Positions 19,854 to 29,872 of a stretch of 64,000 nucleotides of DNA are shown here, in pieces (position 1 is the first letter of the stretch; each line of letters starts with the position of its first letter). Both the position numbers and the translations under genes were made by a program. The notes below the pieces were generated by a model. The model was given only the letters and a program-made list of their open reading frames with translations. It searched no databases and had not been told where the DNA came from. The stretch is from an archaeon (GTDB taxonomy: Archaea; Micrarchaeota; Micrarchaeia; Anstonellales; Anstonellaceae): the NCBI GenBank assembly GCA_020056635.1, contig JAGVHI010000024.1, forward strand, positions 2,317 through 66,316, read 5' to 3'.

Positions 19854-21113
19854 ATGGTGAAAATAACCAAAGTGTTTGCAAGGGAAGTACTTGATTCGAG
19901 GGGGAACCCAACTGTGGAAGCAACAGTTGAGGCGCAGGAGTATTCTGGCGTTGCGTGCGCGCCATCTGGGGCGTCCAAAGGGAGCCATGAGGCGCTTGAA
20001 GTGAGGGATGGGGGGAAGCGGTTTGGCGGGAAAGGGGTGCAAAAGGCTATTGCGAATGTGAATGGGATTATTGCGCAAAAATTGGCTGGGATGGATGCGG
20101 AGGATAATGAGGCAGTGGACAGGGCAATGTGCGAGCTGGATGGAACTGCGAACAAAACAAGGCTTGGGGGGAATGCTACAACTGCGGTTTCGCTTGCTGC
20201 TGCAAAATGCGCCGCAGCTGCAAAGGGGGTGGAATTCTATGAAAGCATGGGAGGGGAGGTGCTTCCAGTCCCGATGATGAATGTGCTAAATGGCGGGAGG
20301 CATGCGGGCAACGGGCTTGCGATACAGGAGTTCATGGTAATGCCGTATGGAGTGAAATCGTTTGCAGAAGCGGTGAGGGCGGGAAGCGAAATTTATCACG
20401 CGCTTTCTGAAATACTTGTGAAGAAATACGGGAAAACTGCCAGGAATGTGGGGGATGAAGGGGGGTTTGCCCCGCCTATTTCAAACAGCACAGAGGCGCT
20501 AAACGCGCTGGAAAAGGCGATTGAGGAAACCGGGTACAAAAATTCTGTCGGGATGGCGCTTGATGCCGCTGCAAGCGAGTTCTATGACGGGAAGAAATAT
20601 TCCATAGACGGGCAGAAAATGAATGCAGGTGGCTTGTCGGATTATTACTCGTCGCTCTGCAAGGCATATGACATACAGAGCCTGGAAGATCCGTTTTTCG
20701 AGGAATCGTTTTCCGAGTTTGCAATGCTTCAGAAGAAAATCGGGAAAAGGGTGCAGGTGGTGGGGGACGATTTGATTGTGACCAATGAGGAGAGGCTGGC
20801 GCTTGCAATCGAGAAAAAGGCGATTGGTGCGCTGCTTGTGAAAGTGAACCAGATTGGGACGCTCTCTGAGGCGATGCGGGCGGTCGGGATGTGCAAGGAA
20901 GCGAATCTTGGGGCGGTCGTGAGCCACAGGTCAGGGGAAACCGAGGATACGAGCATTGCGGATATTGCAGTCGGATGCGGGTGCGGGCAGATAAAAACCG
21001 GCTCGCTTGCAAGGGGCGAGAGGACTGCGAAGTACAACAGGCTTATGTGGATTGAGCGGACGCTTGGCGGGAAAGGGTTATATGCTGGGAAGCGGTTTAG
21101 GAAGCCGTGGTGA
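19854..21113 (+). CDS. eno: Enolase
   Basis: DSRGNPTVE, PSGAS.G..EA.E.RDG, GDEGGFAP, KVNQIGT, SHRSGETED, KYNRL. Confidence 0.98.
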   Translation: MVKITKVFAREVLDSRGNPTVEATVEAQEYSGVACAPSGASKGSHEALEVRDGGKRFGGKGVQKAIANVNGIIAQKLAGMDAEDNEAVDRAMCELDGTANKTRLGGNATTAVSLAAAKCAAAAKGVEFYESMGGEVLPVPMMNVLNGGRHAGNGLAIQEFMVMPYGVKSFAEAVRAGSEIYHALSEILVKKYGKTARNVGDEGGFAPPISNSTEALNALEKAIEETGYKNSVGMALDAAASEFYDGKKYSIDGQKMNAGGLSDYYSSLCKAYDIQSLEDPFFEESFSEFAMLQKKIGKRVQVVGDDLIVTNEERLALAIEKKAIGALLVKVNQIGTLSEAMRAVGMCKEANLGAVVSHRSGETEDTSIADIAVGCGCGQIKTGSLARGERTAKYNRLMWIERTLGGKGLYAGKRFRKPW

Positions 21114-21119
21114 GAATAA

Positions 21120-21566
21120 ATGCTATATAAGCTGGATGGGACTGCGCTCACCCCGTGCGTTTCTGGCGGGGGGAACATAAAGAAAGTCGCGGAGGCGAAC
21201 CTGCAGCTCCTGCTTGATGCAAAGCAGATTGCATCCGGGCTTGAGTTCACTGGCGGGGGGGCGGTTGATACTGTTGCAGTCGATTCCGAGGGGAGGGTGC
21301 TCCTCATTGAATATGAGGGGAAGGACGTGGCAAACGCGCTTTTCAGACTGAATTTCTATTCCGAGAAAATACCCGAGCATGAGGAGAAGCTTGAGAAATT
21401 GGCGCGGGATAAGGCGGGAAAGAAGGTGAGCTGGGACTTGGGGGTGCGGCTCGTGCTGTTCGTTGAGATGGGGGCCGCGGGGGAGGAGATGCTTGCGAAA
21501 TCCGGCTCAGGGGTTGAAGTGAAAAGGTACATGTTCCTGGATAAGGGGTATCTGCTGGTGGATTAG
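21120..21566 (+). CDS. Hypothetical protein with degenerate PD-(D/E)xK (NucS/DUF91-like) nuclease fold
   Basis: EA.LQ.LL ... E...GG.VD.VAVD.EG..LLIEYE pattern (catalytic Lys apparently replaced). Confidence 0.45.
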   Translation: MLYKLDGTALTPCVSGGGNIKKVAEANLQLLLDAKQIASGLEFTGGGAVDTVAVDSEGRVLLIEYEGKDVANALFRLNFYSEKIPEHEEKLEKLARDKAGKKVSWDLGVRLVLFVEMGAAGEEMLAKSGSGVEVKRYMFLDKGYLLVD

Positions 21567-21977
21567 ATGAGGGATGCTGCTGAAAAAATAGTAACGATAG
21601 GGCTTGCAGCAGTCTCTTGGCTGCTGGTGACCGCAGGGATTATCCTTTTCTTCTGGGAAAAAACCCCAATGTATTCGTTTGTCGCGTATGCAATCGGCAT
21701 TGTGCTATTGTTCTTCAATGAGTACCTTTCGTACGATACATGGAAAAGGAAACTGATGAGCGGCGAGGATGCAGGGCAGGGGGCGATTTCTGGGCTGCTC
21801 CAGATGGTCATGACCGGGTTTGTGCTCCCGCTTGCGCTTGCGGGCGTGTTTTACATGTATGTTGCAAAGGATGGGAGAGTAATTATTGTGCTGTTCATGG
21901 GATACCTTGCAGCGCTGATTAAATTGGGGTTCAAGGCAATGAAAATTTTTAGGGCAAAGGACAGGCCAGCTGAGTAA
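21567..21977 (+). CDS. Hypothetical 4-TM membrane protein
   Basis: Hydrophobic segments; directly follows the previous ORF. Confidence 0.7.
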   Translation: MRDAAEKIVTIGLAAVSWLLVTAGIILFFWEKTPMYSFVAYAIGIVLLFFNEYLSYDTWKRKLMSGEDAGQGAISGLLQMVMTGFVLPLALAGVFYMYVAKDGRVIIVLFMGYLAALIKLGFKAMKIFRAKDRPAE

Positions 21978-21979
21978 GC

Positions 21980-22762
21980 TTAGGGCAGCGTTTTGAATGC
22001 GGAGGGGCCGAGGCTTCGCGGGGCATCGGAAGGTCTTCGACCTTTCGAGCTTGCACTGAGAGGTGCATGATTTTTTCCGCCGGAAAGCCGCAAGGCTTTT
22101 CGAACTTGCAACGAAGTTGCATGGTCCCACGCTGCCGAGGGGCAGAGCCCATTTAGCGGGCAGAGCTGGCATTTGGGGCGGTTTGCAATGCAGATTGCGC
22201 GCCCGTGGTAAACGAACAGGTTGGAAACCTGCAGCCAATCCTTGCGCGGTACGAGCGCCATTAGGTCTTTTTCTATTTTCTTTGGGTCCGAATGCTGGGT
22301 GAGCCCAAGAAGCCTGCTCAACCTTATTGCGTGCGTGTCAACAGGGATCCCTTCGAGAATGCCGTAAGCGTTTCCGAGCACTATGTTTGCGGTTTTGCGT
22401 GCAACTCCCGGGAGGGCGAGCATTTCATCCATTGTGGAGGGGAGCTTGCCAGCATATTGCCCATCGATTAGTTTGCATGCGCCGATTATGTTTTTTGCCT
22501 TTGTGCGGAAAAAGCCGCAGGAGCGGATGAGGGATTGAAGTTCGCAGGGGTTTGCGCGCACGAAATCCCTTGCGGTTTTGTATTTTGCAAAAAGCGCTGG
22601 GGTGGTAAGATTCACGCGTGCGTCCGTGCATTGGGCTGAGAGCATTACTGCTACGAGCAGATGTAGTGGGGAATCGTAATCAAGCGAGCATTTCGCACCA
22701 GGATAGGCGCGCTTGAGCATTGAGAGCATTTTTAGGAACTTGGGCCTGCTTGTGCGGGGCAT
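21980..22762 (-). CDS. nth: Endonuclease III
   Basis: LLVAVMLSAQCTD.RVN, LPGVARKTAN (HhH), PVDTH, C..RPKC..CP....C [4Fe-4S]; start re-assigned. Confidence 0.95.
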   Translation of the reverse strand: MPRTSRPKFLKMLSMLKRAYPGAKCSLDYDSPLHLLVAVMLSAQCTDARVNLTTPALFAKYKTARDFVRANPCELQSLIRSCGFFRTKAKNIIGACKLIDGQYAGKLPSTMDEMLALPGVARKTANIVLGNAYGILEGIPVDTHAIRLSRLLGLTQHSDPKKIEKDLMALVPRKDWLQVSNLFVYHGRAICIANRPKCQLCPLNGLCPSAAWDHATSLQVRKALRLSGGKNHAPLSASSKGRRPSDAPRSLGPSAFKTLP

Positions 22763-22814
22763 GGCAGGATTGGCTGCGGCACGGTTTTTATTCGTGCGTG
22801 GGGAAAGCTTGGGC

Positions 22815-23327
22815 ATGGCAGGAAAAAAAAGTGCCCCGAAGCTTGCCGGGCAGTACCACGGCAATTTCTCATGGCTTGTGCAGGGGAAAATCGCAGGCTC
22901 GGATATGCCTGGCAGGTTCAACCCGGTTGAGAAGGATTTGGAGTGGTTTGCAAAGCAGGGAGTCAGGGCGATTGTGACGCTTACGGAAAAGCCGCTCCCT
23001 GCTAAAAGCGTCAGGGGATTTGAGTATTTGCACATTCCGGTAAAGGAGATGGGAACCCCGAGCTTTGAGGAGATAATGAAGTTCGTTGAGTTTGCCGGGA
23101 AAATGGAGCTGGAGGGAAAGCCCCTGCTTGTTCACTGCAATGCGGGAATTGGAAGGACAGGGACGATGCTTGCGTGCTACCTGGTGGGGAATGGTTTAAA
23201 AGCGGAAAAAGCACTTGATATTTTGGAGAGTAGGAGGGGGTACGGGCTGTTCACGCAGGGCCAGTATTCCGCAGTCTACCAGTTCGAATCCATATTGAGG
23301 ATGCACGAGGGGGAAAAGCAGGATTGA
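22815..23327 (+). CDS. Dual-specificity/tyrosine protein phosphatase
   Basis: VHCNAGIGRTG (CX5R), NFSW....IAGS..P. Confidence 0.92.
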   Translation: MAGKKSAPKLAGQYHGNFSWLVQGKIAGSDMPGRFNPVEKDLEWFAKQGVRAIVTLTEKPLPAKSVRGFEYLHIPVKEMGTPSFEEIMKFVEFAGKMELEGKPLLVHCNAGIGRTGTMLACYLVGNGLKAEKALDILESRRGYGLFTQGQYSAVYQFESILRMHEGEKQD

Positions 23328-23375
23328 GCCTATAGGGGCTGATGAGAAAGAAGTGGGGGGAAGGGAGTGAGTGGG

Positions 23376-24548
23376 ATGGATGGAGCGTATGATGTTGCAG
23401 TGATTGGGGCTGGGCCTGCTGGCAATTTCGCCGCGATAGCCGCTGCAAGGAACAAGGCGCGCACTGTCGTGTTTGAGGAGCACAAGGAGATTGGGGAGCC
23501 TGTGCACTGCGGGGAGTGCCTGTCGCAGATTGCGCTGGACAGGATGGGGCTGTCGCCTCCGAAAGATGCGCTTTCGTTCGAGGCAAAGGGGATACGGGTC
23601 ATTTTCCCGGATGGGAAAAGCTGCTATGCGAAGGAGAAGGGGTACGTGCTTGAAAAGCATAGGTTCGAACAGTATCTTGCATCACTTGCGCAAAAGGAGG
23701 GGGCAGAGTATGTGATGGAAACAAGGGTGCAGGAGATCAAACGGGAAGGGGAGACATGGCGCCTGTCAGCCAAGGGAAAGCAGGAGAGCGCTAGAATAGT
23801 GATTGATGCAAGCGGGCCGTTTGCATTCGCATCAGAGAAAACCGGCCTGAACAGGAAGCCGGAAGTGGTGATAGGGCTGCAGGTTGAGATGCAGGAAATA
23901 CCTAACGAGGGGTGGATTGATTTTTATATCTGGCCGAGGCTTGCGCCGCACGGTTACCTTTGGATGATCCCTAAATCCGGCGGGAGGGCGAATGTCGGGC
24001 TTGTGACAAGCGAAACTGCAAAAGCAAGGCCGTGTCTTGACCAGTTCGTAAAGGAAATGGGCTGGCAGGAAAAGAAGGTGAACAAGACTTTCGGCGGGAT
24101 AATCCCATCATCCGGGCCTCTTCCAAAAACATATTCGGACGGGCTGATGCTGGTTGGCGATGCGGCAGGGATGACAAGCCCGCTTTTTGAGGGAGGGACA
24201 GGCTTGGCGATGAAATCCGGCGAGTTTGCAGGGGGGGTTGCTGCAGAAGCAGTGCGGGCTGGCAATACCGGAGCAGGGTCGCTCTCAAAATACGAAAAGC
24301 TATGGAAGGCTGAGTTCCCGGATTATTTGAAGCTGGTGGACGGGAAGCATAAGCTTTACTCGTTCAATGATGAGGAGATAAACGCCATTGCTGGCGCGCT
24401 GCCAGAGGACCTAAGCAAGCTTGACGTGCTGGACAAGGCGGGAGTCGGGTTCAAGCTATTGATGTCAAATGGGGCGCTGGTTGCGAAGGGCGCGGTATCC
24501 GCGCTTCTGGCGCTCGGCTATTCGCGCGCAAAGCATTACGGATGGTAA
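23376..24548 (+). CDS. Digeranylgeranylglycerophospholipid reductase (GGR family)
   Basis: GAGPAG, IGEPV.CGE, AP.GY.W..PK, ANVGL, VGDAAG..SPL..GG. Confidence 0.88.
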   Translation: MDGAYDVAVIGAGPAGNFAAIAAARNKARTVVFEEHKEIGEPVHCGECLSQIALDRMGLSPPKDALSFEAKGIRVIFPDGKSCYAKEKGYVLEKHRFEQYLASLAQKEGAEYVMETRVQEIKREGETWRLSAKGKQESARIVIDASGPFAFASEKTGLNRKPEVVIGLQVEMQEIPNEGWIDFYIWPRLAPHGYLWMIPKSGGRANVGLVTSETAKARPCLDQFVKEMGWQEKKVNKTFGGIIPSSGPLPKTYSDGLMLVGDAAGMTSPLFEGGTGLAMKSGEFAGGVAAEAVRAGNTGAGSLSKYEKLWKAEFPDYLKLVDGKHKLYSFNDEEINAIAGALPEDLSKLDVLDKAGVGFKLLMSNGALVAKGAVSALLALGYSRAKHYGW

Positions 24549-24568
24549 CTAGATGGAAGGGGGGTTGC

Positions 24569-24688
24569 ATGCGAAGCCCGCTTGTGCCGTTCATCCCAGT
24601 TGAGAACCTCGCGTTTGGGAGTGCTCTTTTTGTTCTTTGCGCTGCATCCTATGAGCCCAGAGTGGTTGGATTATGGAGAAAAAGGTAG
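24569..24688 (+). pseudogene. 39-aa ORF resembling the C-terminal part of a lycopene-cyclase (CrtYc/Yd-type) membrane domain
   Basis: MRSPLVPFIPVENLAFGSALFVLCAASYEPRVVGLWRKR*; IP.E...F...L.....YE pattern; purine-rich upstream sequence; overlaps the next start. Confidence 0.35.
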
Positions 24689-25719
24689 TGATTGCTGGGG
24701 CAGGGCCTGCAGGGCTTGCGGCTGCGATAGTGCTTGCGAAAGCAGGCAAGGAAGTTGAGGTGTACGAGAAGGCGCCCGTGCTTGGCTCAAGGTTCGGGAG
24801 CAGCTACCAGGCAATTGAGAATTATACCGAACAGTGGGACTGCCTTGGGGAGATTTCGGAGTTCGGGATACAGATAAACTTCTTTGCAAAACCCTGCACA
24901 GAGATGGTGCTGTTCGACCACAGGGGAAGCAGGCACGAGGTAAGGAGCAATGTGCCCTACTGGTACCTTGTGAGAAGGGGGACCGAGCACACTGCGCTTG
25001 ACGCGTCGCTTGCAAGGCAGGCGCGCGAGCACGGAGCGAGGGTGCATTACGGGAAAGCGATCGGGATTAAGGATGCGGACATCATTGCGACCGGGCCTAG
25101 GAGGGGAGACGGGATTGCGATGGAGTGTGACGCGCACTGCCATGAGGAAGGGGTGTTCGTGCTCATAGACGAGAAAATAGCGCCCGGGGGGTATGCTTAC
25201 CTGCACTCCTATGGCGGGAAGGGAACGTGCGGTGTTGCAATAACCAAGAGCTTCGGGAACCTGAACCGGCATTTTGAGGATACGTGCAGGTTCTTCAGGG
25301 AGAACATTGGGGCGAATTACCAGGTTGGCACAAGGGTTGCGGGAGTGAATTTCTTTGTTCCGAAAACAGCAGTCAAGGACGGGAAAATCTATTGCGGGGA
25401 GGCGGCAGGGTTCCAGGATTACTTTTTCGGACTGGGGATACGGTATGCGATTGTTTCAGGCGCGCTTGCTGCGGAGAGCATAATACATGAGAGGGACTAC
25501 GATTCAATGTGGAAGGCGCGTTTTGGGGAGAAGATGAGGCAGAATATTGCAAACAGGATATTTTATGAGAGGGCAGGCTCAATGGGCAGGAAGGCGCTGC
25601 TTGCGCTTGCATCGCAAATTGGGATCAGGGAATTTCTGCTTGAGTGGCACAAGCCCCGCATGTTTAAAAGAATAGTCACCGATATTTTTGGCAGGCACAA
25701 GCACATTGACCAGGTGTAG
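24673..25719 (+). CDS. FAD-dependent oxidoreductase (GGR-like flavoprotein)
   Basis: GAGPAGL.AA, APGGYAYL, GEAAGFQD.FFG.G..YA..SG. Confidence 0.85.
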   Translation: MEKKVVIAGAGPAGLAAAIVLAKAGKEVEVYEKAPVLGSRFGSSYQAIENYTEQWDCLGEISEFGIQINFFAKPCTEMVLFDHRGSRHEVRSNVPYWYLVRRGTEHTALDASLARQAREHGARVHYGKAIGIKDADIIATGPRRGDGIAMECDAHCHEEGVFVLIDEKIAPGGYAYLHSYGGKGTCGVAITKSFGNLNRHFEDTCRFFRENIGANYQVGTRVAGVNFFVPKTAVKDGKIYCGEAAGFQDYFFGLGIRYAIVSGALAAESIIHERDYDSMWKARFGEKMRQNIANRIFYERAGSMGRKALLALASQIGIREFLLEWHKPRMFKRIVTDIFGRHKHIDQV

Positions 25720-25722
25720 CCC

Positions 25723-26571
25723 ATGGACCTTTCAAAAGCATATGAATACTGCCACCAGGTTACGAGGAAGGCAGATACCAATTTTTACTTAGGGTTCACT
25801 TTCCTGCCTAAGGATAAGCGGAATGCAGTATATGCATCTTATGCGTTCTGCAGGTATGCAGACGATATTGTGGATGAGATGAAGGGGAAAGGGGTAGAGG
25901 CGCTTATTTTGCGCTGGGAGCGGGATTTGGATAATGCTTACGTGGGAAAGGCAACACACCCGATAATGGTTGCGATGGCGGATGCGGTGAAGAGGTACCG
26001 GATACCAAAAGAGCCGTACAAGGGGCTGATTGCAGGGTGCAAAATGGATTTGACCATTAAGAGGTACCGAAACTTCCAGGAATTGCTGCAGTATTGCGAT
26101 TTGGTTGCGACCACCATTGGGAAAATTTCGCTGCATATTTTTGGGTACAAGAACCCGAATGCCAAGAAATATGCGAGGTATTTGAGCATCGCATTGCAGC
26201 TTACAAATATACTTCGGGATGTCGGGGAGGATGCGAGGAAAGGGAGAATTTACATCCCGGTTGATGAGCTTGAGCGGTTCGGGTATTCGGAATCCGAGCT
26301 TATGAGAGGGGTGATGAACACCCAATACTACAGGCTTATGAAGTTCCAGGTGGGCCGCGCAAGGGAATATTACAGGAAAGCGTATGAAGTGACAAAATTG
26401 ATGAGCGCGGATTCGAGGTTCGCTGCAGTTATGATGGGAGCGGTGTACGCAAGGATACTTGATAAGATTGAGAGGCAGGGGTACACTGTTTTCGAAGGGG
26501 AAACTAAGCTGTCTGAGTTTGAGAAGAAAATGCTCACTTTGCAGATGATGGTCGCGCCGAAGTATTGCTAG
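25723..26571 (+). CDS. Phytoene/squalene synthase (CrtB/HpnD family)
   Basis: YAFCRYADDIVDE, MDL...RY..F.EL..YC..VA, ALQLTNILRDVGED...GRIY.P. Confidence 0.93.
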   Translation: MDLSKAYEYCHQVTRKADTNFYLGFTFLPKDKRNAVYASYAFCRYADDIVDEMKGKGVEALILRWERDLDNAYVGKATHPIMVAMADAVKRYRIPKEPYKGLIAGCKMDLTIKRYRNFQELLQYCDLVATTIGKISLHIFGYKNPNAKKYARYLSIALQLTNILRDVGEDARKGRIYIPVDELERFGYSESELMRGVMNTQYYRLMKFQVGRAREYYRKAYEVTKLMSADSRFAAVMMGAVYARILDKIERQGYTVFEGETKLSEFEKKMLTLQMMVAPKYC

Positions 26572-27634
26572 TTTTAAGCTCTGACAATGCAGCGATTGCC
26601 GCATCGTTCTGCCCTTCCATTCCGATTGCGATTCTTAGGAAGCCTTCTTTTGAGCCTGTGAAATTTGTCGAATCCACAACACTTATCTCGTGTTCTTCAA
26701 GAAGCCATTCCCTTGTTTCTTGGGGATTTTCGGTTTTGAACAGGAAAAAAGGCACATTGGAACCTCGCACCAAGCCTTCTCCAAGCGCGCTCTGTATCCT
26801 GTCAAACTCATGTTCCAAAAAAGAGAGAGTGTCCGGCAGATGCCCCTTGTCGCGCAAAGCGAATAGGGCGGCCATTTGGGAGATTCCGGCAACGCGGAAA
26901 GGGGAGATGCCTTTTGAGAATGCGGCAATATTATGCTCTTGCGATTCAATCCATCCGACGCGGAAATCCGCAAGCCCGAACGATTTTGAGAGGCTTTTTA
27001 GCACTGCAACGTTAGGGAATTTGTTCACCATGGTTGAAGTGTCCTGTGTGCCAAATGATGAGAGCACTGAATCAATGAGGAAGAAAGTTTTTGGCTGGGA
27101 GCGGATTAGGTGCTCTATGCTTGCAATTGGGATTTCATTTCCAGTTGGGTTGTTTGGCGTACAAAGCACTATTGCCTTGCAATCAGATGGTGCATCAGCA
27201 AGGCTTTCAAACAGCTGTATGTTTGCGCAGCAAAGCTCCCTGCCGACTATTTCAAAGCGCGAGAAAGTTGGGGTGAGTATCCCTAGGGAATGGCCTTTTG
27301 CAAGTATATGTGTCAAGGCTAGTTCTATCGCTTGGTCCGCGCCTGCAGTGAGCATTATGCTCTCTTTTGGAACTCCGCTGTGCAATGCAAGCATATCCAT
27401 CAGCCCTGGAAGCTCGGCTGGGTGCGAGTAATGGTGCATCTGGCTGAAATCAAGCGAGCGCAACCCCGCTGAAACTGAGGGAGGGAGCCCCAAGGGGTTT
27501 GTTACCATGTCAAGCCGGATTTTGGCATGCGCTGGAAGGGTTTCAGCGTATGAGCGCACAGAAGCAGGTGCTTGCAGCCCTGGCCTGAAAAATGGCGTTC
27601 GCTGATTACCTGGCCCGGGGGTAAAGTGGGCCAC
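26534..27634 (-). CDS. Histidinol-phosphate aminotransferase-like PLP enzyme (class I/II)
   Basis: GADQAI, PTFS, PNNPTG, SLSKSFGLA..RVG, FLRIAIG. Confidence 0.82.
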   Translation of the reverse strand: MAHFTPGPGNQRTPFFRPGLQAPASVRSYAETLPAHAKIRLDMVTNPLGLPPSVSAGLRSLDFSQMHHYSHPAELPGLMDMLALHSGVPKESIMLTAGADQAIELALTHILAKGHSLGILTPTFSRFEIVGRELCCANIQLFESLADAPSDCKAIVLCTPNNPTGNEIPIASIEHLIRSQPKTFFLIDSVLSSFGTQDTSTMVNKFPNVAVLKSLSKSFGLADFRVGWIESQEHNIAAFSKGISPFRVAGISQMAALFALRDKGHLPDTLSFLEHEFDRIQSALGEGLVRGSNVPFFLFKTENPQETREWLLEEHEISVVDSTNFTGSKEGFLRIAIGMEGQNDAAIAALSELKTSNTSARPSSAK

Positions 27635-27720
27635 CAGCTGTTATTTCCTTTCGTGTCACACTATCACCGTAGCGCTTTGTGTATTGAATGCTTTTTATGC
27701 TGTGTAACGAAAATATGCGC

Positions 27721-28359
27721 ATGAATGGGAATTCCAAGATGGTTTCGTACCTTGTTTCTGCCGGCTTTTCGGATGGGAGGGTGGCTAGGGCGATGAAAGA
27801 GATTGACAGGGCGCCGTTCGTTCCGGAAGATGAGCGGGAATTTGCTTATGAGGACAGGCCGCTTCCGATTGGCTTTGGGCAGACAATATCCGCACCGAGC
27901 GTCGTTGCAATCATGAGCAGGGAATTGCAAGTGGATGAGGGAATGGGAATACTTGAGATTGGGGCTGGGAGCGGATACCAGACTGCAGTCCTTGCATACC
28001 TTGCGGGAAAGGAGGGAGTGGTTTTTACTGTCGAGCGAATGGCCGAATTAAGCGGTCTTGCGAAGGGGAATGTTGCAAAATTGCCGCATTCGGTGCACGA
28101 GAGGCTTGCAAAAATAGAATTTTTCGTATCGGATGGGCATTTGGGGCTGCCTGCGTTTGCGCCTTTTGACAGGATAATAGTGACCGCTGCCGCGACTGAA
28201 ATCCCTTTTGCTCTAAAGAAGCAGCTTTCAAAAAACGGAAGAATGGTTATACCAGTGGGAACCGGGTGGGGGCAGGAATTGGTTGTTTATGAGAAGGGGC
28301 AGGAAAAGAGTATATTGCCCGTGATTTTCGTGCCACTTGTGAAGGATGAAGAAGGATGA
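27721..28359 (+). CDS. pcm: Protein-L-isoaspartate O-methyltransferase
   Basis: AYEDRPLPIG.GQTISAP, LEIG.GSGYQ.A, APFDRIIVTAA, FVPL. Confidence 0.95.
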   Translation: MNGNSKMVSYLVSAGFSDGRVARAMKEIDRAPFVPEDEREFAYEDRPLPIGFGQTISAPSVVAIMSRELQVDEGMGILEIGAGSGYQTAVLAYLAGKEGVVFTVERMAELSGLAKGNVAKLPHSVHERLAKIEFFVSDGHLGLPAFAPFDRIIVTAAATEIPFALKKQLSKNGRMVIPVGTGWGQELVVYEKGQEKSILPVIFVPLVKDEEG

Positions 28360-28443
28360 TGACAGTTTGTGAATCGTCAAACGCCGAGGCAGCGGGCGGC
28401 TATTTAGTTATCTTTTTAAGCCAACCCAGAGCCTAATTTACTC

Positions 28444-29859
28444 ATGGCAAACAAGATGCTTTGGGGGGGCAGGTTCTCCCAGGAACCGGATGTCGCAGTG
28501 CTTGCTTTCAATAGCGAAGAGAGCGTCAAACTGGATGGGAGATTGGCGCGCTACGATGTGCTGGGCAGCATGGCGCATACCTTAATGCTGCAAAAGCAGG
28601 GGATTCTAAAGGGGGAGGAAGCGGGAGCTGTGCTTGTTGGGTTGCTTGAAATATTCGCGCAGGTGGAGCAGGGGAAATTCAAACTGAAGCCCGAGCTGGA
28701 AGACGTGCACATGAATGTCGAGGCGGAGTTGAGCAGAAAATACCCTGCAGCAAAAAAAATGCATACCGCAAGGTCTAGGAATGACCAGGTGACGCTGGAT
28801 ACAAGAATGTACATGAGGGATGCGATGATTGAGTGCGCAAGGGGGATTATAGGGGTTAGGAAAGCATTGGCAACGCTCTCTTCGGATAAAACCCCGTTCC
28901 CGACCTATACGCACACAAGGGTAGCGCAGCCTGCGACCGTTTCATTCTGGGCCAATGCGTGGTTTGAATCTTTCGGCAGGGATTTGGAGAGGTTGCTTGC
29001 GATGAAAAAGAGGCTGTGGGAAAACCCGCTTGGGGCAGGGGCAGTTGCGGGAACCACCTGGAATATCGACAGGAAATACACCACGAAACTGCTGGGTTTC
29101 GATTCAGTGCAGGAGAATGCGCTGGATGTGGTGAGCTCGAGAGGGGAACACGAGGCGGAGCTAGTATCCGTGCTTGCGATTGCCATGGTGAAAGCTAGCA
29201 GGATTGCAGAAGAGCTCATTTGGCTTTCGGAAAAAGGGATTGTTGAGATTCCGGACAGGTACTGCAGCGGAAGCTCAATCATGCCGCAGAAGAAGAATGC
29301 GGATTGCCTGGAATTGGTGAGAGGGAGGGCTGCAAGGGTGCAGGGGCATCTTGTGCACCTGCTTGCGCTATCTAAGGGGCTTCCTTCTGGCTATAATTCG
29401 GATTCGCAGGAGAGCAAGTTTGCACTGATGGGGGCGATTGATGTGAGCCTGCCAAGCATGAAATTGCTTGCGGGAGTGCTTGCAGGGATTTCAGTTGATA
29501 GGGAGAAGGCAGTGCTGGAAATTGAGGAGGGATATGCTTGCGCGACCGAGCTTGCGGATTTGCTTGCAAGGAAGGGGGTTCCGTTCAGGGATGCGCATTC
29601 GATTTCTGGGCAAACGGTTGCAAAATTGATTAAGGAAAAGAGGTTCCTCTCATCGCTTAAAGTGTTTGAGCTTCCGGCAAAGGGAATTTTGCAGCACGAG
29701 CTTGCGCAAGCGGTGAACCCGGATAAGGGCAAGAGGATGGTGAAAGCGATTTCTGCAGCCGAGGCCGGGGAGTACGAGAGCGAAGTGGATTCTCTGGAAA
29801 GGGCGCTTGCAAAATCGGAAGGGGAATTGCTTGCGCTTGCGAAGAAAAATTCAAAGTAG
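28444..29859 (+). CDS. argH: Argininosuccinate lyase
   Basis: LWGGRF, EDVH..E, HTARSRNDQV, GSSIMPQKKN, GVPFRDAH. Confidence 0.95.
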   Translation: MANKMLWGGRFSQEPDVAVLAFNSEESVKLDGRLARYDVLGSMAHTLMLQKQGILKGEEAGAVLVGLLEIFAQVEQGKFKLKPELEDVHMNVEAELSRKYPAAKKMHTARSRNDQVTLDTRMYMRDAMIECARGIIGVRKALATLSSDKTPFPTYTHTRVAQPATVSFWANAWFESFGRDLERLLAMKKRLWENPLGAGAVAGTTWNIDRKYTTKLLGFDSVQENALDVVSSRGEHEAELVSVLAIAMVKASRIAEELIWLSEKGIVEIPDRYCSGSSIMPQKKNADCLELVRGRAARVQGHLVHLLALSKGLPSGYNSDSQESKFALMGAIDVSLPSMKLLAGVLAGISVDREKAVLEIEEGYACATELADLLARKGVPFRDAHSISGQTVAKLIKEKRFLSSLKVFELPAKGILQHELAQAVNPDKGKRMVKAISAAEAGEYESEVDSLERALAKSEGELLALAKKNSK

Positions 29860-29872
29860 AGTGCGTGTTCAA

